Shown here: in pieces, positions 38,090 to 52,269 of the stretch | Layout of the letters: each line of letters opens with the position of its first letter | Position numbering within the stretch: the stretch's first letter is position 1 | Origin: Octopus vulgaris | Lineage: Eukaryota | Assembly (NCBI GenBank): GCA_951406725.2 | Contig: OX597826.1 | Location: 41,292,001-41,356,000, forward strand | Length of the DNA: 64,000 bases | Direction of reading: 5' to 3' | Program-made: the position numbers and the translations under genes | Notes under the pieces: generated by a model | What the model saw: the letters and a program-made list of their open reading frames with translations, nothing else | Told to the model about the DNA's origin: nothing | Database searches by the model: none

Positions 38090-38614
38090 CAGGGGTAGGG
38101 AAACCCTCCACCCACAGGTGCAATTGCGCTTGTGAGCCCATTTTATTGCGCCCACAAGCTGGTATACTTGTATGTACAAAATATAGTAAACTTGTCAATT
38201 ATAAAATTTATACAATACTCATATACCTCTTTGCAACATAGATCGTGTTTCCACTCTCACTTAAAATGGTTAGACTTGAACAGAAAATCGTCCGGTAATT
38301 GTCATTTGAATAGAAATTTTGTTATCACTATAAAACACATATTGCTAGGTTTCTACCACCTCCTTGAGACCCAACTACACTCTAGCTGAAAAATATTGAA
38401 TATCTCATAAGTAATATAAAAATCCTAAATTCAGTGGTGGTGTTAATGAAGATGTTACCTGTTAATTTAATGTTTTAAACTTATCTTTATTAATGTATAT
38501 CGAATTATACCTTATACAAGATTTACACTGATATAAGAGAACTTGTATCTGCTTGTGGACCTGTCTATTTTGAAAATTTTTGCCCGCTGCACTAAAAAGT
38601 TTCCCCCACTCCTG
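38090..38614. mobile_element. hAT (Charlie-like) MITE
   Basis: Imperfect TIRs CAGGGGTAGGGAAAC / GTTTCCCCCACTCCTG. Exact 8-bp TSD GTTTAGGG at 38082-38089 and 38615-38622. Confidence 0.85.
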
Positions 38615-38981
38615 GTTTAGGGAGATAACTTAATGAAGAGGATCTGCTTGATTCTTTGACCAGTTAGAAATTGCAGCCAAATCTTCAAATTACACTATAT
38701 GATGAAGGAACCTCTACATAGTTACTACATCTACAAATAGCACTAAATTTTCCTTACATCACATCGATGTTCTAATAAGAAGGAAGGAGATGCTGAATAA
38801 TGTAATCTGGGGTAAGACTGTTCCTAGAAAAAACCAAGTAAGTTATCATTGCTGGAACCTTTTTATTCATAGGGCTCTTCAGTTATTTGGGTTGACCTGG
38901 GGTTAAACAAGAAGTCTGCCTTTGACATTGTAGTCCCTGCTATGATTGTTGGTCTTTTCGACAACTTAGTATTGGTTGTGT

Positions 38982-39507
38982 TCATCATCATCATCGTTTA
39001 GCGTCTGCTTTCCATGCTAGCATGGGTTGGACAGTTCAACTGGGGTCTGAGAAGCCAGAAGGCTGCACCAGGCCCAGTCTGATCTGGCAATGTTTCTATG
39101 GCTGGATGCCCTTCCTAACGCCAACCACTCCGTGAGTGTAGTGGGTGCTTTTTACGTGCCACCGGCACACGGCCACGATCGGATGGTGCTTTTTACGTGC
39201 CACCGGCACACGGCCACGATCGGATGGTGCTTTTTACATGCCACCGGCACGAGGCCAGTCGGGGCGGCGCTGGCAACGGCCACGTTTGGATGGTTCTCTT
39301 ACATGCCACCGGCATCACAGCTGCAATTTCCATTGATGTTAATCGATTTCGATTCTCACTTGCCTCAACAGGTCTTCACAAGTAGAGTTTTGTGTCCCAA
39401 GAAGGAAAGGTATGCATAAGTGGACTGGCTACATCCCGTGTAGAGGCCATGGGTTATGGTTTCACTTGTCCTGCCGGGTCTTCTCACGCCCAGCATACTT
39501 CCTGCCG
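38982..39507 (-). mobile_element. Young RTE-type 3' fragment ending ~60 nt before the exon 12 acceptor
   Basis: (CAT)n end, conserved 3'UTR, tandem 43-bp units at ~39145-39250. Confidence 0.85.
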
Positions 39508-39564
39508 GAAGTTGTTGTCCACTTACCATTGTTTATATTCTGTATTTTTTTGTTTCTTATTCAG

Positions 39565-39730
39565 CTCCATTACCAACGTCTGCCTCGAGACATCCAAGAC
39601 TGCCACGTCATGTTAATGGATGCCACTGTTGCAACCGGTGCTGCTGCTATGATGGCCATCCGAGTGTTGTTGGATCATGATGTCCCAGAAGAAAACATAA
39701 CACTGCTGTCTCTGTTGATGGCTGTTTCAG
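39565..39730 (+). CDS. UCKL1: UCKL1 exon 12 (PRPP-binding-like loop)
   Basis: [55 protein letters not shown](G). ttcag/gtgagt. Confidence 0.95.
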
Positions 39731-39987
39731 GTGAGTTGCATCAAAAGATCAGTGCTTGTGCTTACTATTAACATTCCAGCTGTACCAGCACACAACACTA
39801 TCCTTATCCTCTCCTTTCAACATACCCAGTGCCCAGCCACCCAGAAATTAGGTGCTACTATTTGGGTCTAATTTGTTGCTCAGCTATTTCAGAAACTACT
39901 GTAAGGATGTCCTAATTAAGTTTTATGGATAATTACTAATGTAGAATGGGGAAAAAAGAAGACATTTTTTCCATCCTTCTAATACCT

Positions 39988-40219
39988 ATTTCTTTACTAC
40001 CCACAAGGGGCTAAACACAGAGAGGACTAACAAGGACAGACAAACGGATTAAGTCGATCATATTGACCCCAGTGTGTAACTGGTACTTATTTAATTGACC
40101 TCGAAGGGATGAAAGGCAAAGTCGACCTCGGCGGAATTTGAACTCAGAACGTAACGGCAGACGAAATACCGCTAAGCATTTCGCCCGGCGTGCTAACGTT
40201 TCTGACAGCTTGCTGCCTT
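39988..40219 (-). mobile_element. Full-length tRNA-derived SINE
   Basis: Reverse complement of the 34571 family. Flanking direct repeat CCTTCTAATACCT at 39975 and 40216. Confidence 0.88.
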
Positions 40220-41952
40220 CTAATACCTTTAAAGTTTAGTTCCTTTAGAAAGTTAATTGTTGCTAAGTAAATGGCTCATCTATTAGTCAGCAAGTCATAT
40301 TCTGGGTGAGCTACAGAAAATGAAATGCGTTACACCAAAATGAAATGCTATAGAAATAAACTCTCTCTCACACACTTAGCTATACAATTTTTTTGAGGCC
40401 TTGGCAGCTATAGTAGCAGGCAGAAGTGTTAATATAATAGATAGTAACAAGGTGCTGAACTGGCAGAATCACTACCACGCCAGGCAAAATGCTTGGCAGC
40501 ACATTTTGTCTGTCTTTACATTTTCAGTTGAAATTCTGCTGAGGTTGCTTTTCATCTTTTCAGGGTTGATAAAAATAAGTACCAGTTGAACACTGGGCTT
40601 GATGTAATTGACTTATCCCTTGCCTCGAAATTGCTGGCCTTGTGCCAAAATTTGAAATCAGCATAATAGATAGTAACAAGTATTTCAGTGTAAAGTACAT
40701 TGTAACACTGACACCCTATCTAGAGAAAAGTTTTCTCTGATCTTCATTTGAAAACATTTTGGTTAATGTCATACATAATATTTCTGATTAAATAATAGAA
40801 TGTAAATGAACATAATTGTATCTATTAGTGCTGGAAGTGCTGGGGTGGAGGCGTTAACTGTGATGTTTTAGCAATATTAAGGGCAGGAAATTGGGTCGAA
40901 CATTGTAGTCTTTGTTCTGGCTATTCATGTTCTGAGTTCAAATCCTGTTTAGGTCAGCTTTGACTTACATCCTGTCAAAGCTGATAAAATAAAATACTGG
41001 TCAGGTGCTGGTGTATTTAACTCTAATATTTTAGTTATATTAAATGTGAAAATGTCTGTTTTCTGAGTTCAAATCCCACTGGTGTCAACTTTGCTTTTCA
41101 TCATTTTGAGATTAATAAATAAAGTGCCAGTCCAAGATAGTGGCTGAGTGGAGCAGGTAAATCATCAAATGAAATGGCTTATGGTACCTATTTCAACCCT
41201 GTGCATTCTATGTTCATGTCCTATTTCTTGTCAGTGTGCAGAGTGGGACATTTCCACTTCTATGAGGTGACTCTGACAGATAGTTCCACATTTCTCAGAA
41301 TGTGACGGTTAGTAGTGGGAAAAATAATGGAGCCATAGTTTCTTTGGTTTGATTGGAAGTTCAGCTGCTACCACGAGCACCACCTTAGCTGGTTAGTTCC
41401 AGTTATATATTTAATAGTGTGTTTGCTAACTTTAAATCTTAATAGTATATTGGTAATGATGGGATTGGCTCCCTTATCAAGATATTTAAAATGATAGTAA
41501 AACCTGAGGGAGCTAGCAATGCTCTTTCTTGGCAAAAAAAATAATGCAAATAATTCAGACATCGAAATAAATTTGATGCCATGATAAATTCTGCTCTTTG
41601 CATAATATTTATTCCAGGGTTGAATTAGTTGCAATCCATATGTGTGTGTGTGTCATTCTGTATCCTTCATCATCATCATTGTTTAACATCTGCCTTCCAT
41701 GCTGGCATGGGTTGGGTGGTTTGACAGTAGCCAGCCAGCTAGAAGACTACACCAGGCCACTGTGTCTGTTTTGACATGGCTTTTATAGCTGGATGCCCTT
41801 CCTAACACCAGCTACGCCATAGAGTGGACTGAGTGCTTTTTACGTTGTAGCAACACTGGATAAGGTCAGTTTTGACAGGGTTTTTACAGCTGGATGCCCT
41901 GCCACATGCCAACCACTTCACAGTGTGGACTGGATGCTTTTTCTAATCCTGT

Positions 41953-41988
<36 letters not shown>

Positions 41989-42973
41989 ATACAAAAAATA
42001 GGACAAGAACACAACAGGCGACAACAAAACATCCAGGCAGTTAGATGATACAAAAAGGGACAAGAAAAATCAAGGATGGCTCATTCAGAGTTTTCTTTCA
42101 TCAGTCAAGTTCCAGATTATCTTTGCAGTTTTGGCTGGTCATACTCGAAACTGCTCCAATCTGGCCAGCTCCAAGGAAAATTTAAGCTAAGAGCACTAGA
42201 TTCCCTGGAAGAAAGCAGTGAATGTATATGAAAACAAGGATGGAAAAAAACAGAGAAATGGTACACAAATACAAATGCAAACAACAGGTGTCTTTTAACT
42301 AAGGAGGAATTAAAATTAAGCTGGTGTGTGTGTGAAAGTGAAGCCTTATGGCAGGGACATAAGAGATGACAGGCACAGGGTGGAATATAGATGTTGCATG
42401 GATGGTAGTTGAACCATGAAAGGTTGGGCTTGGCTGAACACTGGTCACATGGAAGGAGGGGAGAGAGGTAGAGGCAGAGGGATGAGAAAAAAAGAAAAGA
42501 GACAGAGTGAAGTGAAAGAGGAGGGAAATATGTATGTCTGTTTTCCATGCTGGCATGGGTTGGAGCTTTTAACCAGTGCTGGCAAGCAGAATTGCACCAG
42601 GCTCCAGTCAGATTTTTCCTTGGTTTTTATGGCTGGATGCCCTTTCTAATGCCAACCACTTTACTGTGTGTACTGGATGCTTCTAATATGACACTAGCAC
42701 GAGTGATTTTTGCATGGCACTGGCTCATGGCTCTTGCAGACCAATTCTCTTCATCAGGAGGAGTGACATTAACATTTCTGCTGTGGATGATTGGTCTTCT
42801 TGAGTACCGTAAAGCACCAGATATCTCATTCCTTTGTCATCTCCTCCATAAGGTTGTCCTGTACTTCATCCCATGTCTTCATGGGTATCCCTCTTCCACA
42901 AGTTCCATCAATATAGAGTGAGATATATATATGGAAATTCTATATCCTTCAGTTTTCTAATTCTCTATTACAG

Positions 42974-43072
42974 GTGTTCATTCCATTGCATATGCATTCC
43001 CCAAGGTGAAAATAGTGACAACAGCTGTTGATAAAGAAGTTAATGAAAAGTTTCACATATTACCAGGTCTTG
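42974..43072 (+). CDS. UCKL1: UCKL1 exon 13
   Basis: (G)[32 protein letters not shown](G). cag/gtaagt. Confidence 0.95.
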
Positions 43073-44792
43073 GTAAGTTGAAGTATTGATAAAATTGATT
43101 GTTCTCATAGGTTTCTACATGTACGTGTGTTTGTGGAGTGCTCAGTCACTTGCACATTAATTTCATGAGCAGTCCCTCACGTTGATCAGATTAACTGGAA
43201 CCCTTGTCATAACCAACAGAGTGCCTGTTACATGTCTTTGTCACTTTTCTATCATCATCATCGTTTAGCGTCCGCTTTCCATGCTAGCATGGGTTGGACG
43301 GTTTAACTGGGGTCTGGGAAGCCAGAATGCTGCACCAGGCCCAGTCTGATCTGGCAATGTTTCTACGGCTGGATGCCCTTCCTAACGCCAATATATTGGT
43401 GTTAGGAAGGGCCAATATAGGAATATATATATTCCTATATTATGTACTAAACTTGATGGAGTTGCAGAGCTGCATCACTTGGTCTCATATAGTCTGTGAG
43501 AAACATAGTCTGATAGAAAAAAATTATAGTTGTAAGTTTTACATCTCTCTCAATGTCATGCTGTCAAGTTACGTTCTATCTTAACATTTTAATATGTTTT
43601 GGTCAGTTTTCCCCAAAAATGATCTATACTACATAGAGGAGCAGATGGCATATTTGAAATAAGAAAAACATTGAGTGGAACCAGTGACAACTCATAATGT
43701 GGTGAATTTGAGCATCTATGCAGCCAGTTTATTTACAAGAAATTGCAGCCAAATCACCTCAAATCACACTCTACAGTCTTAAATTGAAAGATACACTATA
43801 TCTGAAAAAAAGAGAGGACGGTCCTGGCTTGGACATTTTTGATTATGGTTCTTTTCAATCTGATCTGACCTGAAGTTAAAGAGCTCATAATGAAAGTAGT
43901 TTGTGTTTGCTGTAGAAATGTCACAATGCCAGAAGGTTATCATAAACATTAATCATAGATCAGTTTAGTATCTTAATACTATTAACCTTACAGCAAGTCA
44001 TATTGTCGAATCTATGGTAATTGATTATAGTCAGAGCATAAAAGAATATCAAACTTTTAGAGATTTTTGTTAGAAAGTTAGGGAATATGACACGGTCCAT
44101 CATTAATCTACTTCATCTTTATTTACACAATTTTATCAGAGTTATCCTTCTTAAAATTTTAAACACTTCTAACGGGAAATTTTGCCCATTAATTGTATGG
44201 GTAATCACTAATTGAAGTTTTTCTGCTCATTGCGTTAAACGTAAGGTCCTACATTGTAACGGCACCATCTATTTCTGATATTGTCTCATAGCATAATTTT
44301 AAGGGAGGTATAGGTACCGAGAAACCCATTTCGAGCAAAGACAGCCTCTACACAGTAATAGCAGCCAAATCTCTCTCAAATTACACTCTACAGCCTATAA
44401 AAAAACGGACACTATCAGGCTGATCTTGGGCTAAACAAAGGTATGTTTATGACTGGTAGGATTTAGTTCATAATAGTATACATTTGGAAATCTCTGTGAA
44501 TCAGACTACCGCATAAAGAACTGCAGTTACTCTAGATGGACACTACTAGAACGCTGTTTATTATAGGTTTGCATATTCAATGTTGACTACATTAGCTTGT
44601 CTTTTTGTGTAAACAATATAAGGGACATAACTCAAATTATTTAATTTCTGAGTAGTTTCCCTTGGTTTAATCCCCTGTCCTCGTTTTCGTTTTGCACTAT
44701 TAAAGCTCGGACAATTTTGGTTATAGATTGAATGGAGAGGGTAATACTGCCTTCTAGTAAATTCTTTGAAAGTTGGGTGAGAGTAGAAAAAA

Positions 44793-45221
44793 GGTTATAT
44801 TTTCGGTTTGAACAGCAGTTTTTTAAAATAATTTCCACGTAACTAAACACTTTTAAACTTCGTATACTGGTAGAATGTGTTTATAAAACATCTTTTTCTC
44901 TTGGCTTTATTGAGAAAATTCTATAGTTTGTAAGATATTTGTTGTTTTTTTTCTTCAATTTCTGCAATTTCAACCAATCAATTACGTCTATTGAGGTGAA
45001 AACATTCTGTGCCGTATGAATATGTCCCTCGTTTAAGAAACAGATTGGGTTTATTTAAATTTCTGAAGAAAAAAGATACCCTTCCCCCCCACTCCTAACC
45101 CTAACTAACCCTAACCCTAAAACAGATTGAAATGCAATAGATCGATACTAGGGTCATAATTATGGGTGACAATTTCATATGACACTGCTAGAAAAAACTG
45201 CCGTTCAAACTGAAAAGATCC
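44793..45221. mobile_element. MITE (same family as 58805-59169) with internal (CCCTAA)n
   Basis: TIR TTTTCGGTTTGAACAGCAGTTTT / AAAACTGCCGTTCAAACTGAAAAGATCC. Body closely matches the second copy. Confidence 0.85.
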
Positions 45222-45689
45222 AGCCCCTGTTCTGAGCATGACCCTGTTATAATAGGACAACCGTTGAAAGAGGGGCACCTGCCCTCATGGTCTGGGTGAT
45301 CCAGGTTATGTGACATTTTACACATGTGTAGACATATCCAAATACGTACATACGTGCATACATACATGATGGCTGACTCCTCGTATCTGAGAAAGACCAT
45401 CACTGACCATTGCCCATGCAAAATGTTAGCAATCCCTATGCATGAGGTTATTGCACCCACAGTTTGCTTCACCTGTGTTTGCATCTGCAGCTGGTACCCT
45501 CTTACTTGACCAGGCATCGGAAATTCACCTCACTGGCAATTGCGCAGCCTAAAATTTTACGTCCAATAATGCATGCACAACACCTCACAAACCCTTTCCA
45601 CTTTATTGACATGATCTAGAGACAAGCCAGGGCAAGATACTCAGTGCCAGGTCACAGGCTTAGGAGTGTGACAGCACCATGATCTCAAA

Positions 45690-46930
45690 TGCAAGCAAAC
45701 AAATCCCCAATGACTGGCGTAGTAGCACCATAGCCAACTGCTATAAAAGTAAAGGTAATGCCTTAGATAGAAATAATTATAGAGGTATCAAATTGTTGGA
45801 TCAGGTGATGAAAGTTGCAGGGAGAGTCATAGCCCAACTAATTAGGGAGAGAGTTTGTCTAGATGAGATGCAGTTTGGTTTTGTGCCAGGTAGAAGCACC
45901 ATTGATGCTATATTTCTGGTAAAGCAACCGCAGGAGTAATACCTAGCCAAAGATAAACATCTGTACTTGGCTTTTGTTGATTTGGAGAAAGCTTTTGACA
46001 GAGTCCCCTGATCCCTTATCTGGTGGTCAATGCAGAAACTAGGAATAGACAAGTGATTGGTGAGAGCTGTACAAGCTTTGTACAGGGACACTCTCAGTAA
46101 AGTGAGGATGGGCAATGAGTACAGCAAAGAATTCAGGGTATAAGTAGGGGTTCCCCAAGGATCGGTGCTCAGACCCCCTTGTTCATCATAGTCTTCCAGG
46201 CAATAACAGAAGAATTCAAGACAAGATGCCCCTAGGAGCTCCTTTATGCTGATGATCTTGCTCTTATAGCTGAATCACTACCTGAACTGGAGAAGTTCCA
46301 GGGAAGGAAGCAAGGTCTAGAATCAAAGGGCCTTAAAGTTAACCTAGCAAAAACCAAAGTTATAGTAAGTAGGAAAGCAGACAAATCACAAATCCCTTCA
46401 GGTAGATGATCCTGCTCAATCTGTAGAAAAGGTGTAGATAGAAGCTCTATAAGATGCACCTAGTGTAAGCTTTGGACACCTAAAAGCTGCTACATCAGAG
46501 GAAGGTTAATAGGTAAACAAACTTTTGTGTGTGGAAGATGCACTGGTACAGTAAGCACTGGAAATGCACAGGGAATAAACTCCATCAACTACCAGTGGGG
46601 CAAGCTAGAGGTAGTAGGTGACCAAGTTAGTAGTGGAGGTGGAAGCTCCTAGAGTGTAGCTGTGTAAATAAGATTAGGCTTTCTCAGAGTGAAAGACAAA
46701 TTGTTTGATGCCTGTGTGCAAACAGCTATGATGCATAGCAGTGAAATATGAGCTGTGTTAGCCGAGGATATGCGTAGGCTTGAAAGAAATGAAACCAGTA
46801 TACTTCACTAGATGTGCAATGTCAGTGTGCATGTTTGACAGAGAGTAAGCATCTTGAGAGAAAAGTTAGACATAAGCGGAATCAGATGTGTGCAAGAGAG
46901 ACAACTACGCTGGTATGGTCATGTGATGTG
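45690..46930 (+). mobile_element. Degraded RTE LINE RT region
   Basis: IPNDWRSSTIANCYKSKGNALDRNNYRGIKLL...EMQFGFVPGRSTIDAIF...FVDLEKAFDRVP...LYADD, with many stops. Confidence 0.9.
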
Positions 46931-47346
46931 TATGTATGTGAACCCTCTTCACCAGGGAAGCTTAGTCAGGGTGCTGGTTTAGTCATTGATGACCTGACCC
47001 TAAGATAGTTGTACTGGATTCCTTGTTACTAGTAGCACTCATGAGAGACTGAACTCACGTGATCTGACAATACATGCATACCTACATACATACATACATA
47101 CACACATTTAAATGTATCATTCCTCATCATTTAATGCCCATTTTCCATGCTTGCATGAGTTGAACGTGTATATTTGTATGCATATATACATATATATAAT
47201 TATGTATGTATCACCTTGTATATTTGTATCCATATATACATATAGAATACATATATCTATATTCACATCCAACTGAAATTCCATTGTTGATGATAATCAT
47301 AACTTTTTTTCCTAGGCCTTTTATTTATTTATTTTTATATTTCTAG

Positions 47347-47402
47347 GTAATTTTGGTGACCGATATTTTGGTACCAGCAGTTCAGCTATGGTTGCTGGTT
47401 AA
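47347..47402 (+). CDS. UCKL1: UCKL1 last coding exon
   Basis: (G)NFGDRYFGTSSSAMVAG*, TAA at 47400-47402. Summed exons give 1605 nt = 534 aa + stop. Confidence 0.95.
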
Positions 47403-47644
47403 TCTACGATTATAACTTGAAAAAAATAATTTGGATGGTAGTATATTTTCGCTGGTGCTACATTTTGGTTGGTACCATGCTTTGGTGCAATGCAAATCCT
47501 TCACCGGATTTTCTATTTTCCATAAGAATTTGACAGTTTATGTTATTGTGTCAAGAAAAATTATACTATATAGAACTGCATGATGCATGTCAAAAGAACA
47601 GAATGATTATGTAACGTATGTGTGGGTGTGCATTGTAATATGCA

Positions 47645-47675
<31 letters not shown>

Positions 47676-47805
47676 AATATGAATGTGTGTGTGTTCACTT
47701 GACCAGTGTAACAAACTGTTACTATCTTGCTTCTCGCACAAAGACTGTACATATTTGCCAGGGTTTAAGAGCTATTCTTCAAAATAACCTATTACTGGAA
47801 ATTGA

Positions 47806-47811
47806 AATAAA
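47806..47811 (+). terminator. First candidate poly(A) signal after the UCKL1 stop
   Basis: AATAAA ~400 nt after the stop. The AT-rich context makes it weak, and the UTR may be longer. Confidence 0.25.
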
Positions 47812-49589
47812 TGTCAATGCTATGTTATTTAGGGCACTACTGTAAAACCAAAAGTCTATTTGTCATCAAGATGGCAAGTATATTAAGACCTGTTTCTGAC
47901 TTCTGACCCATTCCTCAGTTTTGTATCTTAAAAAAATATCCATTTTCTTTATAATTAAAAACTTATACAGGTAATATATACATAAATATATATAAAATTT
48001 TACACAGTACAGCTGTAAATTATAAACTAAAGAATGTTTATTGCTCTGAAATTTAGTCAAAGCCAATTCTGTTTTGTTTATGTACTTCTAATGCTTCCAA
48101 GAAAGGCATAAATGTTACACAATCTCTTTCTATCTCCTCTAAATGTGTAGCCCTTTGACCAAAATAAGAAGTTGTCCAGTTTTGGATTGTTTGTAAATGT
48201 TTTTGTGAGAAGAAAGATTTTGTTTTGATCATCAACTATTAAATTATATACATTTAATATACTGGAAATTATATGTACATAATGAATAGGGAATTATCCA
48301 CAGCTAATATATATATGGAATTGTATACAGGTAATATATAAGGGAATTTATATACATGTCATATGTAGTATGTTATGCAAGCATCATTTATATGTTGAGA
48401 GAGTTCATGCAATTGTATGTTCTGTCACAAAAATGTTATTGGAGGTGAGTGATCACAGTGAAACTTTTGTTCATCTCAGGGGAGCAGAGAACCTCTTTTT
48501 TATTGACTTCAATTTGAGGCATATTGTATTGTAGCAAAATAACAAATGTATTTCCTTAAAGCTCTCCTTATTTGCTGTTGTTGCATTAGAGATTTTGTCG
48601 ATTGTTAGTGTTGTTAGTTGCTGTTCTGATAGCAGTTACGGGATTCCTGACATTTTACATTTTTACAATAGTTGGAAGTCAGTTCAACATTGCAAGGCAA
48701 TACTAGTTCAGGATGTCTGTGAGTTCTTTCAATTCCATCATCTTTCAGTTAATCTTCAGACAGTATTTCCATTATCTGTATTTCTATACTGTTAACATTG
48801 AACAACAACTTGAGTTGTTCTGAAGGGGTTTGGGAAGTAAATTCCAAAAAGGGAGATGTTTGTTTAATTCAAGACTTCCTGCTTTTTTTCTCTTTTGAGT
48901 TCAGCATTGTTTGTGCTACCTCTAATTAGCCAATGAGTTGTGGATAAGTTCTGCAACTGACAATCATCATCATAGTTACCACTTTATGTCCAATTTTCCA
49001 TACTGGCATGGGTTAGAGAAGTGTAGCTGTGTTTTGTAGCTGGAGACCCTTCTTTGCGCCAACTCTTGTAGTCATTCTATATTCCGGGGCATATTGTACA
49101 ACTGAGATGCACCGTTACAATTAAACTCATACTGCTCGGGATATTCTTATTCTATCAGTGTATAAATATTTCATATATTTTGAGCATTAATTTATTAATT
49201 TGCCTTCTTGGTTGTGAGTCACGTCCTTATGTAATAACTTCATTGTCCCACATTAAACAATGTATGTGTGTATACACACATGTACACACACATGATGGCT
49301 ATCCACTCATGATCAAAGAAGATCATCATTGACCATTGAGAAAACTGTGCACTCAGACAGAATTTTACTTTACATATGCAGCTTTGCTGGCGACTAATGA
49401 TTCCAGTTCTTGATAGACATATATACCTGTGATCATGTTCAGGTTTTTGTCATGAAATTGGAATACAAAACTTCCCCCATTCTCCTCACCTTAGTTCAGC
49501 ATGCATAGTATGTGTTTGTTAAAAAATTTCTACTCTTTCCTCCACTCATTTCCTCTGTTGGTGGCAATGATAAACATTACTTGCCTAAT

Positions 49590-50365
49590 TGACCTCCCTA
49601 TATTTTACATGCCTTCAATGAGGACTTTATACAATCCTTAAACCATAGGCTTGGTTTCTGCTGGGAGTGTTTTCCACAAACGAGTTCACCTATAGTATTT
49701 GCTTAGAAATCCTCTGATCACTCATTTGAACAAAGTGTCCAGTCCAGTGTAATTGGTGCCTGAGCACCATCATCTCGATGTTCAGGCTGTCAACACCCCT
49801 GAAGAGCTCTGTCTTTGGAGACCACCTGAACCAGCCAATGTTAATAATGTGTCTCAGACATCTCTGATGGAAGCATTCAAGGATCCTTACATGATACCTG
49901 TAAAGGGTTTGTGTCTCACAAGAGTAGTGATGTCAGTACACATTCATGATACACAACAACTATTGTTTGGCTTGTAATTCTATGTTGGTACCAAACACGA
50001 GACTCAAGAGCCCTGAAGGAATCAGTTGCCTTCTGAAACTTTAAAGATATTTCATCATCCAAGGAGCAATAATGTCTGAGTGTGCTGTATGTACACTTGT
50101 CTACCACTTTCAGTATTGTTCCTTCAACGAAGATAAATGGTCTCACATATGACTTTTCTGGTGCAGGTTGGAACATTATGACAGTCTTGTCTGAGGTAAT
50201 ACTGAATCCAAATGCCTTTCAAGATGCAGAAATATGATCTATGAGAATTTGCATATCTTTAGCTGTATGGGCAACTAATTTGCAATCATCTGCATAAAGG
50301 TCATGAATAAAAGACTGAAAACCTTTCAAGTAGGCAGTAAATTGATGCAAGTTGAAGAGATGATT
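49590..50365 (-). mobile_element. Old BovB-like RTE fragment
   Basis: DLYADDCKLVAHT...KTVIMFQPAP...LDDEISL...FRALESRVW. Confidence 0.75.
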
Positions 50366-52269
50366 AGAAATTCAGTCTCTCACATATAACTTAGAGGAGC
50401 AATCCACAGCAAAAGTATGAGTGAGAGTAGCAGCAAAATATATAGGAAAAGAGAGTTGGGGCAAATATATATATAGTAAAGAGTCTTGTTGAAGAGATTT
50501 TTCCCCATGTGGTGAGTTGTAAGAAAAATTATAACAAAAGAAGGAAAATGCACACAATTTATATATTTTTTATATATCTTATAAAGTAGAATATTTATAT
50601 AGTCTACTAGTTTCATGTTTTGTTAATCACAACTGGGAAATTGGTGAAAACATTGCAAATTCATAGTATCTTAAGACGTTTTTAGTTCATGTTGTTTTCA
50701 TGAGAGTCCTTGTAAATGAACCACCATGTAAGGAAGGTAATTGGTGATTGTTAATTATTCAAGACAGGGGAGGTAATTGCACTTTTTGCAGCGTACACTT
50801 TTGGGAGGTTAAATTTACAGTGATTATATTATGAAGTTAAAAATTGATGAGTTGAAATAATGAAATAAAATATATACAAAGTTGGTTATGCGTTTATGAA
50901 TTAAAATATTCACGAAATCCAGAATTGGTTATATGTTGATATTCAGGTGTGGTTTGTATTTTTTAATAAATATATTCTCTTTATTTACCATATTTTGTGG
51001 CATATTAGATGCACCAGCATATAGGACACACCTTAAAATTAACATGGAAAATGTAATTATATGTAAGAGGAATTTATGGCTTTTTTCCATAGGATGAATG
51101 GACACATGCAGTGTCACAATAGGGGACAATGTCCACATAAGCAGTTAGCCAGTGCAAGGGTTAGTCTAAGTAGGACTTAGGACAAACAGCCAAAATAAGG
51201 GTTAGTGACATGCTTAGTGGTGTGGTCTGAACAGTTTATATTGTTTGCTACCCAAAACAAAAATTGTACAGCGACTGGTTACTGCTTAATTCACACCTGT
51301 ATACCTTGGAAAAGTACAAGGTATTATGTAAGTTTTCCTATGGCTTCACTGATTTATCATGGCATCAGTTTTGTGAAACATTTAAAATATTTCAGAATAC
51401 CCTAGTACGCCCCGTGCCCTCAGTGCTTGGCCCAAGGCTGACTTTGTCGTAGTGCATGTCATTTACTCACTAAACCATATCTTTTATTACTGTTAAGTTC
51501 CTTTACGTTGTCTCTTCTCATGTATTTTAAAAGGTTTGGTACACATTTTTTGGCCTTACCCTCAATGAAGATGAATAAAATTACGGTTAGGGGAATTTTG
51601 TAGGGCCTGCTTCAGCGATAGGCCTGAGACTGAGTTCAGTCCATGTCTGCTGTGAAACCTTATATTTAAGGTTATTTGTGTACCAGAACATCAGTGAACA
51701 CAGATTATGGTATCTGTACTGTATTATTGGGAAGAGTGCCAGGATGCAACAACGAATTGTTTTGAATGTTTGATTGTGAGCCATACCTTTACTGTCTGTC
51801 AATGTCTTGACTCTGATATGGCCGTGACCTCAGCTTCATTGTTCATTACTTTATTTTCTGATATTTACCATACCACTTTCATAATTTTTTTTATCTATTT
51901 TTTTTTTATATTGTTAACTTTCTTCATTACTGCCACTATTTGTAAAATGAAAACCTTCCTGGTTGTGTTTCTACTGCAAGTGTTTGCAATGAATGCCAGG
52001 TAATGCTATGGCCAAAGCCTCATCTGCACAGTTCATTATTTTTTGCACTGATATTTATCAAACATCTTTTATCAGTGTTTGTTGTATTTTAATTATTTTT
52101 ATATTAACATTCTTTGCTATTGCTACTTTATTTGTAAGAAGTCGTCTTATCAAAACCTGCCAGTACATAATAACCAAAATATTAAGATACAATAAACTCA
52201 TTAGTAACTTTTGACCCCACTTCAAAATCCTAAAAGGTTATGATTGCTGTCATTCTCATTCAGTTCCTG

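Noticed and set aside
39565-39730. Novel kinase-phosphoribosyltransferase fusion
   Set aside because: The UK plus UPRT-like architecture is the standard UCKL1 organisation.
42060-42110. Hammerhead candidate (CTGATGA on the minus strand)
   Set aside because: Followed by GAAT rather than GAAA, and stems I and III could not be formed.
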